From contig JAOZIG010000314.1 in NCBI GenBank assembly GCA_026014515.1, positions 1-40,569 of the forward strand: a DNA stretch of 40,569 bases, given 5' to 3'. The stretch comes from Candidatus Bathyarchaeota archaeon. Its GTDB lineage: Archaea; Thermoproteota; Bathyarchaeia; TCS64. A program made the position numbers and the translations under genes. Below are positions 8,990 through 18,543 of this stretch, one piece after another. The notes under the pieces are model-generated. The model had not been told where the DNA came from. It ran no database searches and was given only the letters and a program-made list of their open reading frames with translations. Numbering within the stretch: the stretch's first letter is position 1; the number at the start of each line of letters is the position of its first letter.

Positions 8990-9943
8990 ATGAGTAACAA
9001 TCAAAATCAACTCTACATCTACACCGCGGTTGCGCTAGTAATCGGCTTAATCATAGGATACGTAGCAGCAGGAGCCATGAGTGGCCCCGTAGGAGACGAG
9101 GAGCTACTATCCCAGATAAGTGACCTTGAAGCACAAATCGATGACCTTGAGGCAGAAATAGCCGAATTAGGCGGAGAAACCACGCTATCAGGTGACTTGT
9201 TCATCTCAGGAAGCTCAACCGTCTTTCCAATCGCAGACCTTGCAGCAGAAGATTTCCAGAACATATATCCAGATGTCAACGTTCAGGTTGAAGGACCTGG
9301 TTCAGGTACTGGAGTTGCTAAGGCAAGTGATGGTACTGCAGACATTGGTATGGCTTCAAGAAACGTGAAAGCATCAGAGCTACTAAACGCGCCTACCTTA
9401 ATCACCTATGGTGTTGCAAAGGACAGCGTTTCAATAGTTATCAACCCAAGCAACTCACTTGCAGCAACACTGGATTTAACAACAGAACAGGTAAGTAAGA
9501 TTTTCAAAGGCGAGATCACAAACTGGAGTGAGCTAGGCGGAGACAACCACAAGATAAACGTTTACAGCCGTGAGGAGGGCTCAGGAACAAGAGCTACATT
9601 CATGGAGTTCACAGATATCGAGGAAGGCGAGTTCGCAGCAGATTCATCAGTCCAGCAGGGTAACTCAGCCATGAGAGCGGCGGTAGCAGGTGACCCATAT
9701 GGTATCGCATACATCTCACTGGGATACGTTGATTCAACAGTAGTTCCAGCAAAGATTGATGGTACGGAGGGTACAGTAGAGAATGTGCTTGCAGGTACAT
9801 ACCCATTCCAGCGAATTCTCTGGATGTTCACAAATGGCGCACCTAGTAATCTAGCTCAAGCATATCTTGACTACGTTATGAGCCCAGAGGGTCAACAGAT
9901 CGTAGAAGAAGAAGGCTTCATAGCCATATACCCAACTAACTAA
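8990..9943 (+). CDS. pstS: Phosphate ABC transporter substrate-binding protein
   Basis: N-terminal TM anchor plus short coiled coil, ISGSSTVFP, GSGTG, DIGMASR, SREEGSGTR. Confidence 0.95.
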   Translation: MSNNQNQLYIYTAVALVIGLIIGYVAAGAMSGPVGDEELLSQISDLEAQIDDLEAEIAELGGETTLSGDLFISGSSTVFPIADLAAEDFQNIYPDVNVQVEGPGSGTGVAKASDGTADIGMASRNVKASELLNAPTLITYGVAKDSVSIVINPSNSLAATLDLTTEQVSKIFKGEITNWSELGGDNHKINVYSREEGSGTRATFMEFTDIEEGEFAADSSVQQGNSAMRAAVAGDPYGIAYISLGYVDSTVVPAKIDGTEGTVENVLAGTYPFQRILWMFTNGAPSNLAQAYLDYVMSPEGQQIVEEEGFIAIYPTN

Positions 9944-9954
9944 ACTTCTTTTTT

Positions 9955-10065
9955 CATATATTTATATGATTTAAGAGGTTTATATCCCACCTCAAACATA
10001 AACTATATAGATGTTTATAGGTTATTTCGCAAATATAGTATATTTAGGAAAGATATATTACCCGT
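9955..10065 (+). promoter_or_regulatory. AT-rich internal promoter region before pstC with TATAT palindromes
   Basis: CATATA-TT-TATATG (9955-9968), AAATATA-G-TATATTT (10031-10045); follows a T-tract after pstS. Confidence 0.5.
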
Positions 10066-10117
10066 TCATTGTTCATAGCCACCAAATAGAAGACAAATTT
10101 AGGCAAGAGGTGAAAAA

Positions 10118-10966
10118 GTGGACAGAGAAGACATAATAGAAAAGCTATTGCTTGTTTGCGCTTCGGCTTCAACTATTGTAATATTTCTAATTGTCTATTA
10201 TTTGTTCAAGAACGGAGTCCATGTATTAAGCTGGGATTTCGTATTCGGGATGACCTATAACCCCGGAACAGACCAATTTGGTATATTCCCCATAATAGTA
10301 ACCAACTTTACAACAGCTTTCTACTCACTACTAATAGCAACAATCATCGGATTACCTACAGCGATCTTCCTATCCGAATACTCTCCTTTCTGGTTGAGAA
10401 ACATCATCAAGCCATTGATAGAGGTGATCGTGGGTATTCCCTCAGTTGTTATAGGTTTCTGGGGACTTATCGTACTGGTACCAATAATCAGAAACGTGTT
10501 CCCAACGACACAGGGACAATCAATGCTAACAGGCTCAATCGTCCTCGCGTTCATGACCCTGCCAACACTAATATCACTTTCAGAAGACAGCCTAAGAGCA
10601 GTACCAAGAGCCTACAGAGAAGCAAGTCTAGCATTAGGCGCTACTCGTTGGCAAACAATCACCAAGGTAATACTACCAAGCGCATCCAGTGGGATACGCG
10701 CCGCGATGGTACTAGCCATGGGAAGGGCTGTAGGGGAAACCATGGCAGCCTTGATGGTAATAGGAAACCCCTACATTCCATGGATAACAGTGAACCCGCT
10801 TGAGATCGTAAGAACCCTCCCCACAACGATCGCTCTTGAGTTCGGATACGTAGAGTTCTACTCTACACACTATTACGCGTTATTTGGAATGGGTTTGATC
10901 CTTTTCATCAGTGTTTTCTTCATGAATCTAGTAGCCACATATTTCTCAGGGAGGCATAAGCTGTGA
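10118..10966 (+). CDS. pstC: Phosphate ABC transporter permease PstC
   Basis: GIPSVVIG, EASLALGATRWQTI, MGRAVGETMA. Confidence 0.95.
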   Translation: MDREDIIEKLLLVCASASTIVIFLIVYYLFKNGVHVLSWDFVFGMTYNPGTDQFGIFPIIVTNFTTAFYSLLIATIIGLPTAIFLSEYSPFWLRNIIKPLIEVIVGIPSVVIGFWGLIVLVPIIRNVFPTTQGQSMLTGSIVLAFMTLPTLISLSEDSLRAVPRAYREASLALGATRWQTITKVILPSASSGIRAAMVLAMGRAVGETMAALMVIGNPYIPWITVNPLEIVRTLPTTIALEFGYVEFYSTHYYALFGMGLILFISVFFMNLVATYFSGRHKL

Positions 10967-11829
10967 ATCCGGTACAGAAGGAAAAAATGATACTTGGTTT
11001 GATGTACGTAGCAGTCTTCCTTAGCATCATAATGCTACCCATCATCATACTCTGGGTTACTACAAATGGGATAGGAGAACTCAACTGGACCTTCCTAACC
11101 GGAACACCGTCTTTCTCCACATCAGAGTCAAGACTAGCCACTCACGGAGTATTCCCCCAGATAATAGGCTCATTCTACCTAGTCGCAGGAAGCACGCTGC
11201 TTGGAACACCAGTGGGCGTATTATCTGCCATATACCTCACAGAGTACGCGGCTCCAAACATAATCACAAAAACAATCCGGTTCTTTACCGAGACGCTTGC
11301 AGGTATTCCCAGCATCGTAATTGGGTTATTTGGAATGGAGTTATTGGTTTATCGTCTCGGGTTCCAAACATCACTACTATCTGGTGTAGTATCACTGAGC
11401 TTAATGACGCTGCCTTTCGTTATCAGGGCATCAGAGGAAGCAATCAAAGTAGTACCAAACGAGTACAGGGAAGCTAGTCTAGCCATGGGGGCATCAAAAT
11501 GGCAAACCATACTCAAGGTAGTTATCCCAGCCGCGTTACCGGGAATATTAACAGGAGTACTGCTTGGAATGGGGAGAGCAATAGGAGAAACAGCGGTACT
11601 TATTCTTACAACAGGTGGTGGAATGAGTAGAAAGGTGCCGACACGCTTGACTTCACCTGTAGGCAGTTTACCCATCTACATTTATTTGATAGCTAAAGAG
11701 ACAGTGCATCAGGACTTGTTGAACAGGGGATACGCGGCAAGCCTCGTCTTATTAATAATATTCTTCTCGATGAGCGTCTCGGCTTTACTGATACGAAATC
11801 ATTATTTGAGGAAATTAGGAAATGAATAA
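10963..11829 (+). CDS. pstA: Phosphate ABC transporter permease PstA
   Basis: [39 protein letters not shown]; 4-nt overlap with pstC. Confidence 0.95.
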   Translation: MNPVQKEKMILGLMYVAVFLSIIMLPIIILWVTTNGIGELNWTFLTGTPSFSTSESRLATHGVFPQIIGSFYLVAGSTLLGTPVGVLSAIYLTEYAAPNIITKTIRFFTETLAGIPSIVIGLFGMELLVYRLGFQTSLLSGVVSLSLMTLPFVIRASEEAIKVVPNEYREASLAMGASKWQTILKVVIPAALPGILTGVLLGMGRAIGETAVLILTTGGGMSRKVPTRLTSPVGSLPIYIYLIAKETVHQDLLNRGYAASLVLLIIFFSMSVSALLIRNHYLRKLGNE

Positions 11830-12631
11830 CACTTACATGATTGACGAAGAGGTCTCAGGCTTCATACCATCAATGGCAGAAGACAAGATCGCCTTTAAGG
11901 ACTTCAACCTCTGGTACGGGGACAACCACGTACTAAAAGACATCAACATATCCATCAAAAACAACATAGTAACCGCCTTCATGGGACCCAGCGGCTGCGG
12001 AAAAAGCACCCTACTACGAAGCATCGATAGAATGAACGATATTATTCCAATATGTAGAACTGAGGGCGCGGTCCATCTTGATGGAAGAAATATCTACGAG
12101 CCAGACGAAGACGTCTACGAGTTAAGAAAAAGAGTCGGCATGGTCTTCCAGAAACCTAACCCATTTCCCATGAGTATTTATGACAACATCGCCTATGGAC
12201 CTAAGCTCCATAAACTGGCAAATGGAGACGAGTTAGACAAGATAGTAGAAGAAAGCCTCAAAGGTGCAGCCCTCTGGGACGAGGTGAAAGATCGGCTCCA
12301 TGATTCCGCCTTCGGATTAAGTGGTGGACAACAACAACGTCTCTGTATTGCACGTGCTTTAAGCATCAATCCTGAGATTATATTGATGGATGAGCCCTGT
12401 AGCGCCTTAGACCCAATAGCAACCATGAAAATCGAGGCATTAATGCGGGAACTAAAGGAGAATTATACGGTGGTTCTCGTTACTCATAACCTACAACAAG
12501 CAGCAAGGGTCAGTGAGATGACTGCGTTCATGTACATTGGGGAGGTTGTCGAGTTTGGCGCAACACGAGCCCTTTTTGAAAACCCTCAAAATGAGTTGAC
12601 GGAGAACTATATTACAGGAAAATTCGGGTGA
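11822..12631 (+). CDS. pstB: Phosphate ABC transporter ATP-binding protein
   Basis: [44 protein letters not shown]. Confidence 0.97.
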   Translation: MNNTYMIDEEVSGFIPSMAEDKIAFKDFNLWYGDNHVLKDINISIKNNIVTAFMGPSGCGKSTLLRSIDRMNDIIPICRTEGAVHLDGRNIYEPDEDVYELRKRVGMVFQKPNPFPMSIYDNIAYGPKLHKLANGDELDKIVEESLKGAALWDEVKDRLHDSAFGLSGGQQQRLCIARALSINPEIILMDEPCSALDPIATMKIEALMRELKENYTVVLVTHNLQQAARVSEMTAFMYIGEVVEFGATRALFENPQNELTENYITGKFG

Positions 12632-13278
12632 TAAGGATGAGAAGACCACTTGACCTTGGGTTGGAACAGATACAGCATCTACTTGTGAAGATGGGAAACC
12701 TAGCAATACAGAGCCTGGACCTTGCCTTGAAAGGCTTCTTCGAGGACGAGGACGTATATATTCAGCTACGAGCGTGGAGCAACACAATATTATTGCTTAG
12801 CGAGGAAGTTGAAGACCGAGCAACAGAGCTTATGGCACTTCATCAACCCATGGCAGGAGACCTACGCACATTAAAAGCATACATCAAGGTAGCCTACGAC
12901 ATCGAACGCTATGGAAGATACTCGATGGACATCAGTGAGATCAAGTCTCAGCTTGGAGAATGGGATATAATACCAAACGGTGAAGGCTACGAGTTCAAAG
13001 AGCTTGGTAAGAAGGTCCAGAAATGTCTCAGTATGAGCGTCAAATATCTTGAAACCATGGATAAGGATGCTATCTTTGAGTTAGGGCAAATCGAGACCGA
13101 GGCTGATGAGTTATACAGGAAAAACCTTCAGCTACTCTGGGAAAGCGAGTTATCTACCAAGACCATCATGGCTTACACATTGACTATCAGATACCTTGAA
13201 CGGATTGCTGACCATAGTAGCTACATCAGTGAGTCTATCTACTACGCGATAACAGGTAGAAGAGTCTCTCTAAGATGA
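12628..13278 (+). CDS. phoU: Phosphate signalling protein PhoU
   Basis: [27 protein letters not shown]; start GTG 12628 or ATG 12637. Confidence 0.92.
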   Translation: MIRMRRPLDLGLEQIQHLLVKMGNLAIQSLDLALKGFFEDEDVYIQLRAWSNTILLLSEEVEDRATELMALHQPMAGDLRTLKAYIKVAYDIERYGRYSMDISEIKSQLGEWDIIPNGEGYEFKELGKKVQKCLSMSVKYLETMDKDAIFELGQIETEADELYRKNLQLLWESELSTKTIMAYTLTIRYLERIADHSSYISESIYYAITGRRVSLR

Positions 13279-13991
13279 GAATAGCAATATTCTCTGACAT
13301 TCATGGTAACCATGCTGCACTGGTAAACGTTCTCAAAGATATTGATGAACAGAAACCAGACCACGTGTTTTGTCTAGGCGATCTTGTTGGATACGGTCCA
13401 AGACCAAATGAGGTAATAGAAACCATCAGAGAAGCGAAGATACCAACAGTACTGGGCAACTATGATGATGGCGTCGGTTACGAACGGGGTGAATGCGGCT
13501 GCGCTTATGTTACTTACGTTGAGAAGAGGAACGGTCAACGAAGCATTGACTGGACGACGAAACAGGTATCCCCCGAGAACAAGGCTTTTCTCAGAAACCT
13601 CAAGGATAAGATCGAGTTCGAAACAAACGGGTATAGGATATTATTGGTTCATGGAAGCCCGAGACGCATCAATGAGTACCTCTACGAGGACCGCCCTGAA
13701 CGTAGTTTATCACGGATGCTTGAATCAGTGGAAGCGGATGTGGTGGTCTGTGGACATACTCACAAGCCATATCATCGACAGGTGGCAGGTGTTCATCTCA
13801 TCAATGATGGAAGCGTGGGAAAGCCCAAGGATGGCGATCCGCGGGCATGTTATGCCTTGATTACTTTGGATGATGCGGTTTTAGTTGAGTTTAGGCGTGT
13901 GGGGTATCCTGTTGAGTCTGTTGTAGATGAGATAATAGAGGCGGGGCTTCCAGAAGCCTTTGCCGAAGCCTTGAGGACCGCGGGTAAGTAA
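13275..13991 (+). CDS. Metallophosphoesterase (YfcE/MJ0936-like)
   Basis: SDIHGN, LGDLVGYG, GNYD, HGSP, GHTH, GSVGKPKDGDPRA; ATGA overlap with phoU. Confidence 0.9.
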   Translation: MRIAIFSDIHGNHAALVNVLKDIDEQKPDHVFCLGDLVGYGPRPNEVIETIREAKIPTVLGNYDDGVGYERGECGCAYVTYVEKRNGQRSIDWTTKQVSPENKAFLRNLKDKIEFETNGYRILLVHGSPRRINEYLYEDRPERSLSRMLESVEADVVVCGHTHKPYHRQVAGVHLINDGSVGKPKDGDPRACYALITLDDAVLVEFRRVGYPVESVVDEIIEAGLPEAFAEALRTAGK

Positions 13992-14026
13992 TTTTGTTTA
14001 AATAAACCCGTTCAGCAACAGACTCA

Positions 14027-14488
14027 ATGTATGATTTAGAAAAACTAGTCAAAGACAGCGAAGAGGTCAAACATTACATAGAGTCCAGCCAAGAGAAAGC
14101 CCCGCAGTTTATGGAGCAATACAATGAATACACGCTGGAACGGGAGATAGTTATGAAAATCAACTGCCACAGCAACAACTACATCATATTCGCCTTCAGC
14201 GCCGAGTGGTGCCCAGACTGCTACCGCAACATACCAGTACTCGCCAAACTACAGGAAGCAACAGGACTAGAAACAAGAATATTTGGTCACCTCATGAGGG
14301 ATGCGAAGAGCCCCAACAAGCGGTGGAGGATACCTCCCAGTCCAGCGGAGGTTGATGAGTTTGACGTGGTCAAGATACCATCAATGTATATTCTCGATAA
14401 ACAGGGACAGAAAGTTGGTGAGATCATTGAAGACCCACCACAGGGAATGAGTCTTGAGGCAGCGATATTGGCTATTCTCGAATCATAA
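14027..14488 (+). CDS. Thioredoxin-family protein
   Basis: SAEWCPDC active site, KIP cis-Pro motif. Confidence 0.85.
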   Translation: MYDLEKLVKDSEEVKHYIESSQEKAPQFMEQYNEYTLEREIVMKINCHSNNYIIFAFSAEWCPDCYRNIPVLAKLQEATGLETRIFGHLMRDAKSPNKRWRIPPSPAEVDEFDVVKIPSMYILDKQGQKVGEIIEDPPQGMSLEAAILAILES

Positions 14489-14521
14489 CGTGTTTTATTC
14501 TAGATTCAATATTAACTGGTT

Positions 14522-15076
14522 ATGCAGCCAGACACAATACTCAGAAAATATACGGATCGCAAAGGAAGAGAAGTAATTCTACGTACACCAAGATGGAGCG
14601 ACCTAGACGACATGCTGGACTTCATCAACAGCCTAGTCGAGGAAGAAGCCATGATCGCGGTAGACACCAAGAAAACGAGAAACGAAGAAATCGAGTGGGT
14701 AGCAACCAACCTCAAAAGACTAGAAAAAGACGAGCATATGTGTGTGGTAGCGGAAGTTGATGGTCACATGGTGGGAAGCACCGAGATTGGACCAAGGTTT
14801 GGACGCCTCAAGCATTATGGTACTCTCGGCATCTCATTGAAGAAGGGTTATCGTGAATCAGGGATTGGTCAGGAGATGATGAAGGAGATCGAGAAACATG
14901 CACCGAGACTGGGAATCGAGTATCTTGCCCTTGAAGTGTTTGGCACCAATGAAAGGGCGATACATGTGTATGAGAAGATGGGATACAAGCAGATTGGCGC
15001 ATACCCTGATGGCATCAAGTACTGTGGAGAATATGTAGATAGCGTATTCATGTACAAGAAGATTAAGAAAAACTAA
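14522..15076 (+). CDS. GNAT-family N-acetyltransferase
   Basis: YRESGIG acetyl-CoA motif, NERAIHVYEKMGY. Confidence 0.9.
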   Translation: MQPDTILRKYTDRKGREVILRTPRWSDLDDMLDFINSLVEEEAMIAVDTKKTRNEEIEWVATNLKRLEKDEHMCVVAEVDGHMVGSTEIGPRFGRLKHYGTLGISLKKGYRESGIGQEMMKEIEKHAPRLGIEYLALEVFGTNERAIHVYEKMGYKQIGAYPDGIKYCGEYVDSVFMYKKIKKN

Positions 15077-15085
15077 GACCAGACA

Positions 15086-15159
15086 ATACCCTATAACAAC
15101 CCGTAACAACTTTTCACACAAGAAAATTTTTTTCCCAAAGTACCCACCAGTAGACACCA
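15086..15159. repeat. Dispersed intergenic repeat, copy 2
   Basis: ACCCTATAACAACCCGTAACAACTTTTCACACAAGAAAATTTTTTTCCCAAAGTACCCACCAGTAGACACCA. Confidence 0.9.
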
Positions 15160-15225
15160 CAAGAAGCTGGACTAGTTACGAATACCTTTTTAAAAACAGG
15201 CGCTGCAAATATTGTGGGATAGGGA

Positions 15226-15264
15226 ATGAGAGTGTATCACTCGGACTGGACACGCTCCTCCTAA
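15226..15264 (+). promoter_or_regulatory. Putative Trp-containing leader peptide (MRVYHSDWTRSS) in the trpS 5' leader
   Basis: ATG about 30 nt after TATA-like TTTTTAAA (15187-15194); TGG at 15247; overlapping hairpins. Confidence 0.4.
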
Positions 15265-15351
15265 TGGAGGAAACAACTTCTAACAACCCTAGCCAACACG
15301 CCAGCACCAATAATACCCAAATAGTGCTGACCATAAAGGACGGATACAACA

Positions 15352-16479
15352 ATGACAGATGAACCAAAGAAAGAGATGGTAGTGACACCCTGGGAGGTCA
15401 GCGGAGACATAGACTACGATAAGCTCATGGAGCAGTTCGGAGTCCAGCCCATGACCAAGGAGATAGAGGAAAAGATCGCCAAACACGCTGGGTTCAAACA
15501 CCTCCAGCTAAGGCGAGGAGTATACTTGAGCCACAGGGACACTGACTGGTGGATCAAGGAATACGAGAAGGGAAACAAAGTAGGACTCTACACTGGGCGT
15601 GGACCCAGCGGGCACGTGCACCTAGGACACCTCCTTCCATGGTTCTTCTGCAAGTATCTGCAGGACGCATTTGACGCTGATCTCTACTTCCAGATGACGG
15701 ACGACGAAAAGTTCCTCCACAGAGATGATCTCACGTTGGAAGAGACTATTGCGTTGACGTATGAGAACGCGTTAGATGTTATCGCGTGTGGCTTGAGGGC
15801 TGAGAAGACCCACATCTTCAGTGACACCGATCACATCGGTCACTTGTACAAGATCGCGTTGAATGTGGCGAAGAAGGTAACCTATAACACGGCGAAGGCG
15901 GTGTTCGGGTTCAACGACAGCAACAACATAGGTATTGTCTGGTATCCTGCAATGCAGGCTATGACCTGCTTCCTTGAATCAGATAGAGAAGGCAGAAACA
16001 TACCATGTCTGATACCAGCAGCCATCGACCAAGACCCATACTGGAGAATGACAAGAGACATCGCAGAAAAGCTAGGTTACACTAAGCCTGCCCAGATTCA
16101 CGCCAAGTTCCTACCGGGACTAGCTGAAGGCGGAAAAATGAGCGCAAGCCAGCCTGAGACAGCGATATTCACCACAGACCCACCAAAGAAGGCGGGAAAG
16201 AAGGTGATGAAAGCGTTCACAGGTGGACGAGACACGGTAGAGGAGCAGCGTGAGCTTGGTGGAAGACCAGAAGTATGCAACGTTTACGCCTACTATTACT
16301 TCTTGTTTGAGGAGAACGATGAGGCGCTTGTTGAACGTGAACTCAAGTGCAAGAAGGGTGAGATTCTCTGTGGTGAGTGTAAGAAGACCCTCGCTAAACG
16401 TGTTGAGGTCTTCCTTGAGGATTTCCAGAAGAAGCGTGAAGAGGCACGTGCGGTTCTGGATGATTATCTCCTCAAGTAA
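15352..16479 (+). CDS. trpS: Tryptophan--tRNA ligase (archaeal/eukaryotic type)
   Basis: VTPWEV, YTGRGPS..HLGH (HIGH), QMTDDEK, AIDQDPY, KMSAS (KMSKS). Confidence 0.97.
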   Translation: MTDEPKKEMVVTPWEVSGDIDYDKLMEQFGVQPMTKEIEEKIAKHAGFKHLQLRRGVYLSHRDTDWWIKEYEKGNKVGLYTGRGPSGHVHLGHLLPWFFCKYLQDAFDADLYFQMTDDEKFLHRDDLTLEETIALTYENALDVIACGLRAEKTHIFSDTDHIGHLYKIALNVAKKVTYNTAKAVFGFNDSNNIGIVWYPAMQAMTCFLESDREGRNIPCLIPAAIDQDPYWRMTRDIAEKLGYTKPAQIHAKFLPGLAEGGKMSASQPETAIFTTDPPKKAGKKVMKAFTGGRDTVEEQRELGGRPEVCNVYAYYYFLFEENDEALVERELKCKKGEILCGECKKTLAKRVEVFLEDFQKKREEARAVLDDYLLK

Positions 16480-16509
16480 TCTTTTCCATCTATAATCCAA
16501 TATATTTCT

Positions 16510-16854
16510 ATGAGTATTGTAAAAAATCTGGCCGAGATTCCTGAGACGACGCATCCATTTCTAGCAAAAGTGGGAATGAGTACACTGTATTCGCGGCGTG
16601 ATGATGGCGCTGAGTTGACGTGTTTTGTGGTCAGGTGCAAGGTTGGTTCTGAGATCGAGGAGCATGTTCACCCAGATGAGGCGGATATTATCTATGTGTT
16701 AGCTGGGAAGGCAACTATGTGGATAGAGGATCGGGGAGAGTTCCCGCTTGACTCCGGGGTATTCGTTGTTGTGCCCAAAGATCTCAAGCATAGAACCTAC
16801 GATGTGACAGAAGAATTACTCATCTACGATGTATTTTACCCAGCGATGTTCTAG
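16510..16854 (+). CDS. Cupin domain protein
   Basis: HVHPDEADIIYVLAG and VVVPKDLKH cupin motifs. Confidence 0.85.
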   Translation: MSIVKNLAEIPETTHPFLAKVGMSTLYSRRDDGAELTCFVVRCKVGSEIEEHVHPDEADIIYVLAGKATMWIEDRGEFPLDSGVFVVVPKDLKHRTYDVTEELLIYDVFYPAMF

Positions 16855-16895
16855 TTTTTAGAAACCTTAAAGCAATTCACTGCCTTTTTTCATTT

Positions 16896-18425
16896 ATGTC
16901 AAGTCTTAAAGAGAATTATGAGCAGCTTCTTGAGCAGAGTAAAGAGCTAGCGGTTGTTCAGAGCGCTGGAGCGATTATTTACTGGGATATGGAGACCAAG
17001 ATGCCTCCAAAGGGCGTTGAGTTGAAGAGCCAGCAACTGGCGTTTATTGAAAAAACAGCGCACCAGATGATGACCAACCCCATGGTTGGAAAGGTATTGG
17101 AGTCCATCGAGAAGGATTCCAAGTATGATTCACTTGATCAAGTGCAGAAGCGTAACGTGTACCTTGCGCGTAAAGCCTATGATGAGGCTACCAAGCTTCC
17201 CGAGAAGCTGGTGGTTGATATTGTCAAGCAACAGACGGTGGGGGTAAATGTCTGGAAACGGGCGAAGGGGGCAAAAGACTGGAAACTGTTTATGCCTGAG
17301 CTTGTGAAGATCAAGGAGCTCACGGAGAAGAAAGCGGAGCTTTTGATGGATATCAAAGGCTCGAAGACGCCATATGATGCCTTGATTGATGACTTTGAGC
17401 CCAAGATGACCGCCGATAACATTACACGGATTTTCGACGGTATGAGGAAGGGGCTTTCGAAGGTAATGGATAAGGTCTTGGAGCATCAGGATGTGGATAC
17501 AAAGTTCTTGACGCGTCCTGTGTCTGTTCCTGTTCAGGAGAAGATCGGTGAGCAGATGGCGGATTTCATCCTTTATGATATTAAGTCTGAGAATGCGGGT
17601 GGTAGGATTGATGCTACTGAGCACCCATTCACCACAGGCTATTATACTGATGTTAGGATTACGACGCATTATCATGAGAACCAGTTCATGAGCAGCATCT
17701 ACAGCATATTGCATGAGGGTGGTCACGGTCTTTATGAGCAGGGTTTGCCGATGAAGTGGATGTATCAGCCTATTGGCTCCAGTGCGAGTTATGGTATTCA
17801 TGAGTCTATGAGCCGGTTTGTCGAGAACATGGTGGGTAGGAGCCCTGAGTTCTGGACATATTACTTGCCTTTGTTGAAGAAGCTTACCGGTGATACCTTC
17901 AAGGATATTAGTAGAGAGCAGATGCTGCATGCGGCTAACTATGTGACGCCTAGTAAGATCAGGATAGAGGCGGATGAGGTTACTTATGGTATGCATATTA
18001 TCATCAGGTTTGAGATCGAGCGTGACTTGTTCAGTGGTAAGGTGGAGGTTTCTGAGCTTCCTGAGGTCTGGAATCAGAAGTACATGGATTATCTCGGTGT
18101 AGAGATACTGGATGATAGTGAGGGGGTTATGCAGGATACTCACTGGGCTAGTGGGTTGTTTGGTTATTTCCCGAGTTATGCTTTGGGTAATATCTATGAT
18201 GGTGTCTGGTTGACCACGTTGAACAAGGACTTACCGGATTGGAGGCTTGATGTGGAGAAGGGTGTCTATAAGAACATCAAGACATGGATGACCGAGAACG
18301 TGTATGGTTATGCGAACCTCTATGACCCTGAGGACTTGGTTAAGCATGTGACTGGTACCGGGTTAGTGGTGGAGCCTTTTATCGAGTATCTTGATGATAA
18401 GTTCCGTGGTATCTACGGGTACTAA
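16896..18425 (+). CDS. Thermostable carboxypeptidase (peptidase M32)
   Basis: HPF, DVRITT, HEGGH, HESMS, IRIEADE, GYFPSYALG. Confidence 0.96.
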   Translation: MSSLKENYEQLLEQSKELAVVQSAGAIIYWDMETKMPPKGVELKSQQLAFIEKTAHQMMTNPMVGKVLESIEKDSKYDSLDQVQKRNVYLARKAYDEATKLPEKLVVDIVKQQTVGVNVWKRAKGAKDWKLFMPELVKIKELTEKKAELLMDIKGSKTPYDALIDDFEPKMTADNITRIFDGMRKGLSKVMDKVLEHQDVDTKFLTRPVSVPVQEKIGEQMADFILYDIKSENAGGRIDATEHPFTTGYYTDVRITTHYHENQFMSSIYSILHEGGHGLYEQGLPMKWMYQPIGSSASYGIHESMSRFVENMVGRSPEFWTYYLPLLKKLTGDTFKDISREQMLHAANYVTPSKIRIEADEVTYGMHIIIRFEIERDLFSGKVEVSELPEVWNQKYMDYLGVEILDDSEGVMQDTHWASGLFGYFPSYALGNIYDGVWLTTLNKDLPDWRLDVEKGVYKNIKTWMTENVYGYANLYDPEDLVKHVTGTGLVVEPFIEYLDDKFRGIYGY

Positions 18426-18440
18426 CCCTCTACTTTTTTT

Positions 18441-18516
18441 TATTTGGTGTCTACTGGTGGGTACTTTGGGAAAAAAATTTCTCGTGTGAATTAGTGTTAC
18501 TTGTTGTTATAGGGTT
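18441..18516. repeat. Dispersed intergenic repeat, copy 3 (inverted relative to copies 1 and 2)
   Basis: Reverse complement reads AACCCTATAACAACAAGTAACACTAATTCACACGAGAAATTTTTTTCCCAAAGTACCCACCAGTAGACACCAAATA. Confidence 0.9.
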
Positions 18517-18543
18517 ATATCGTGTGGTTTCTTTGGTATTGTT

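Noticed and set aside
15176-15388. 70-aa hydrophobic minus-strand ORF
   Set aside because: It overlaps the trpS start and promoter in antisense; its hydrophobicity follows from the local G+T-rich strand.
17130-18143. 337-aa antisense ORF inside the M32 peptidase
   Set aside because: A shadow ORF of a well-supported gene, with no motifs and a composition typical of antisense codon mirroring.
4611-18516. CRISPR or MITE interpretation of the dispersed repeat
   Set aside because: Copies are kilobases apart with no spacers or cas genes; no terminal inverted repeats or target-site duplications are visible.
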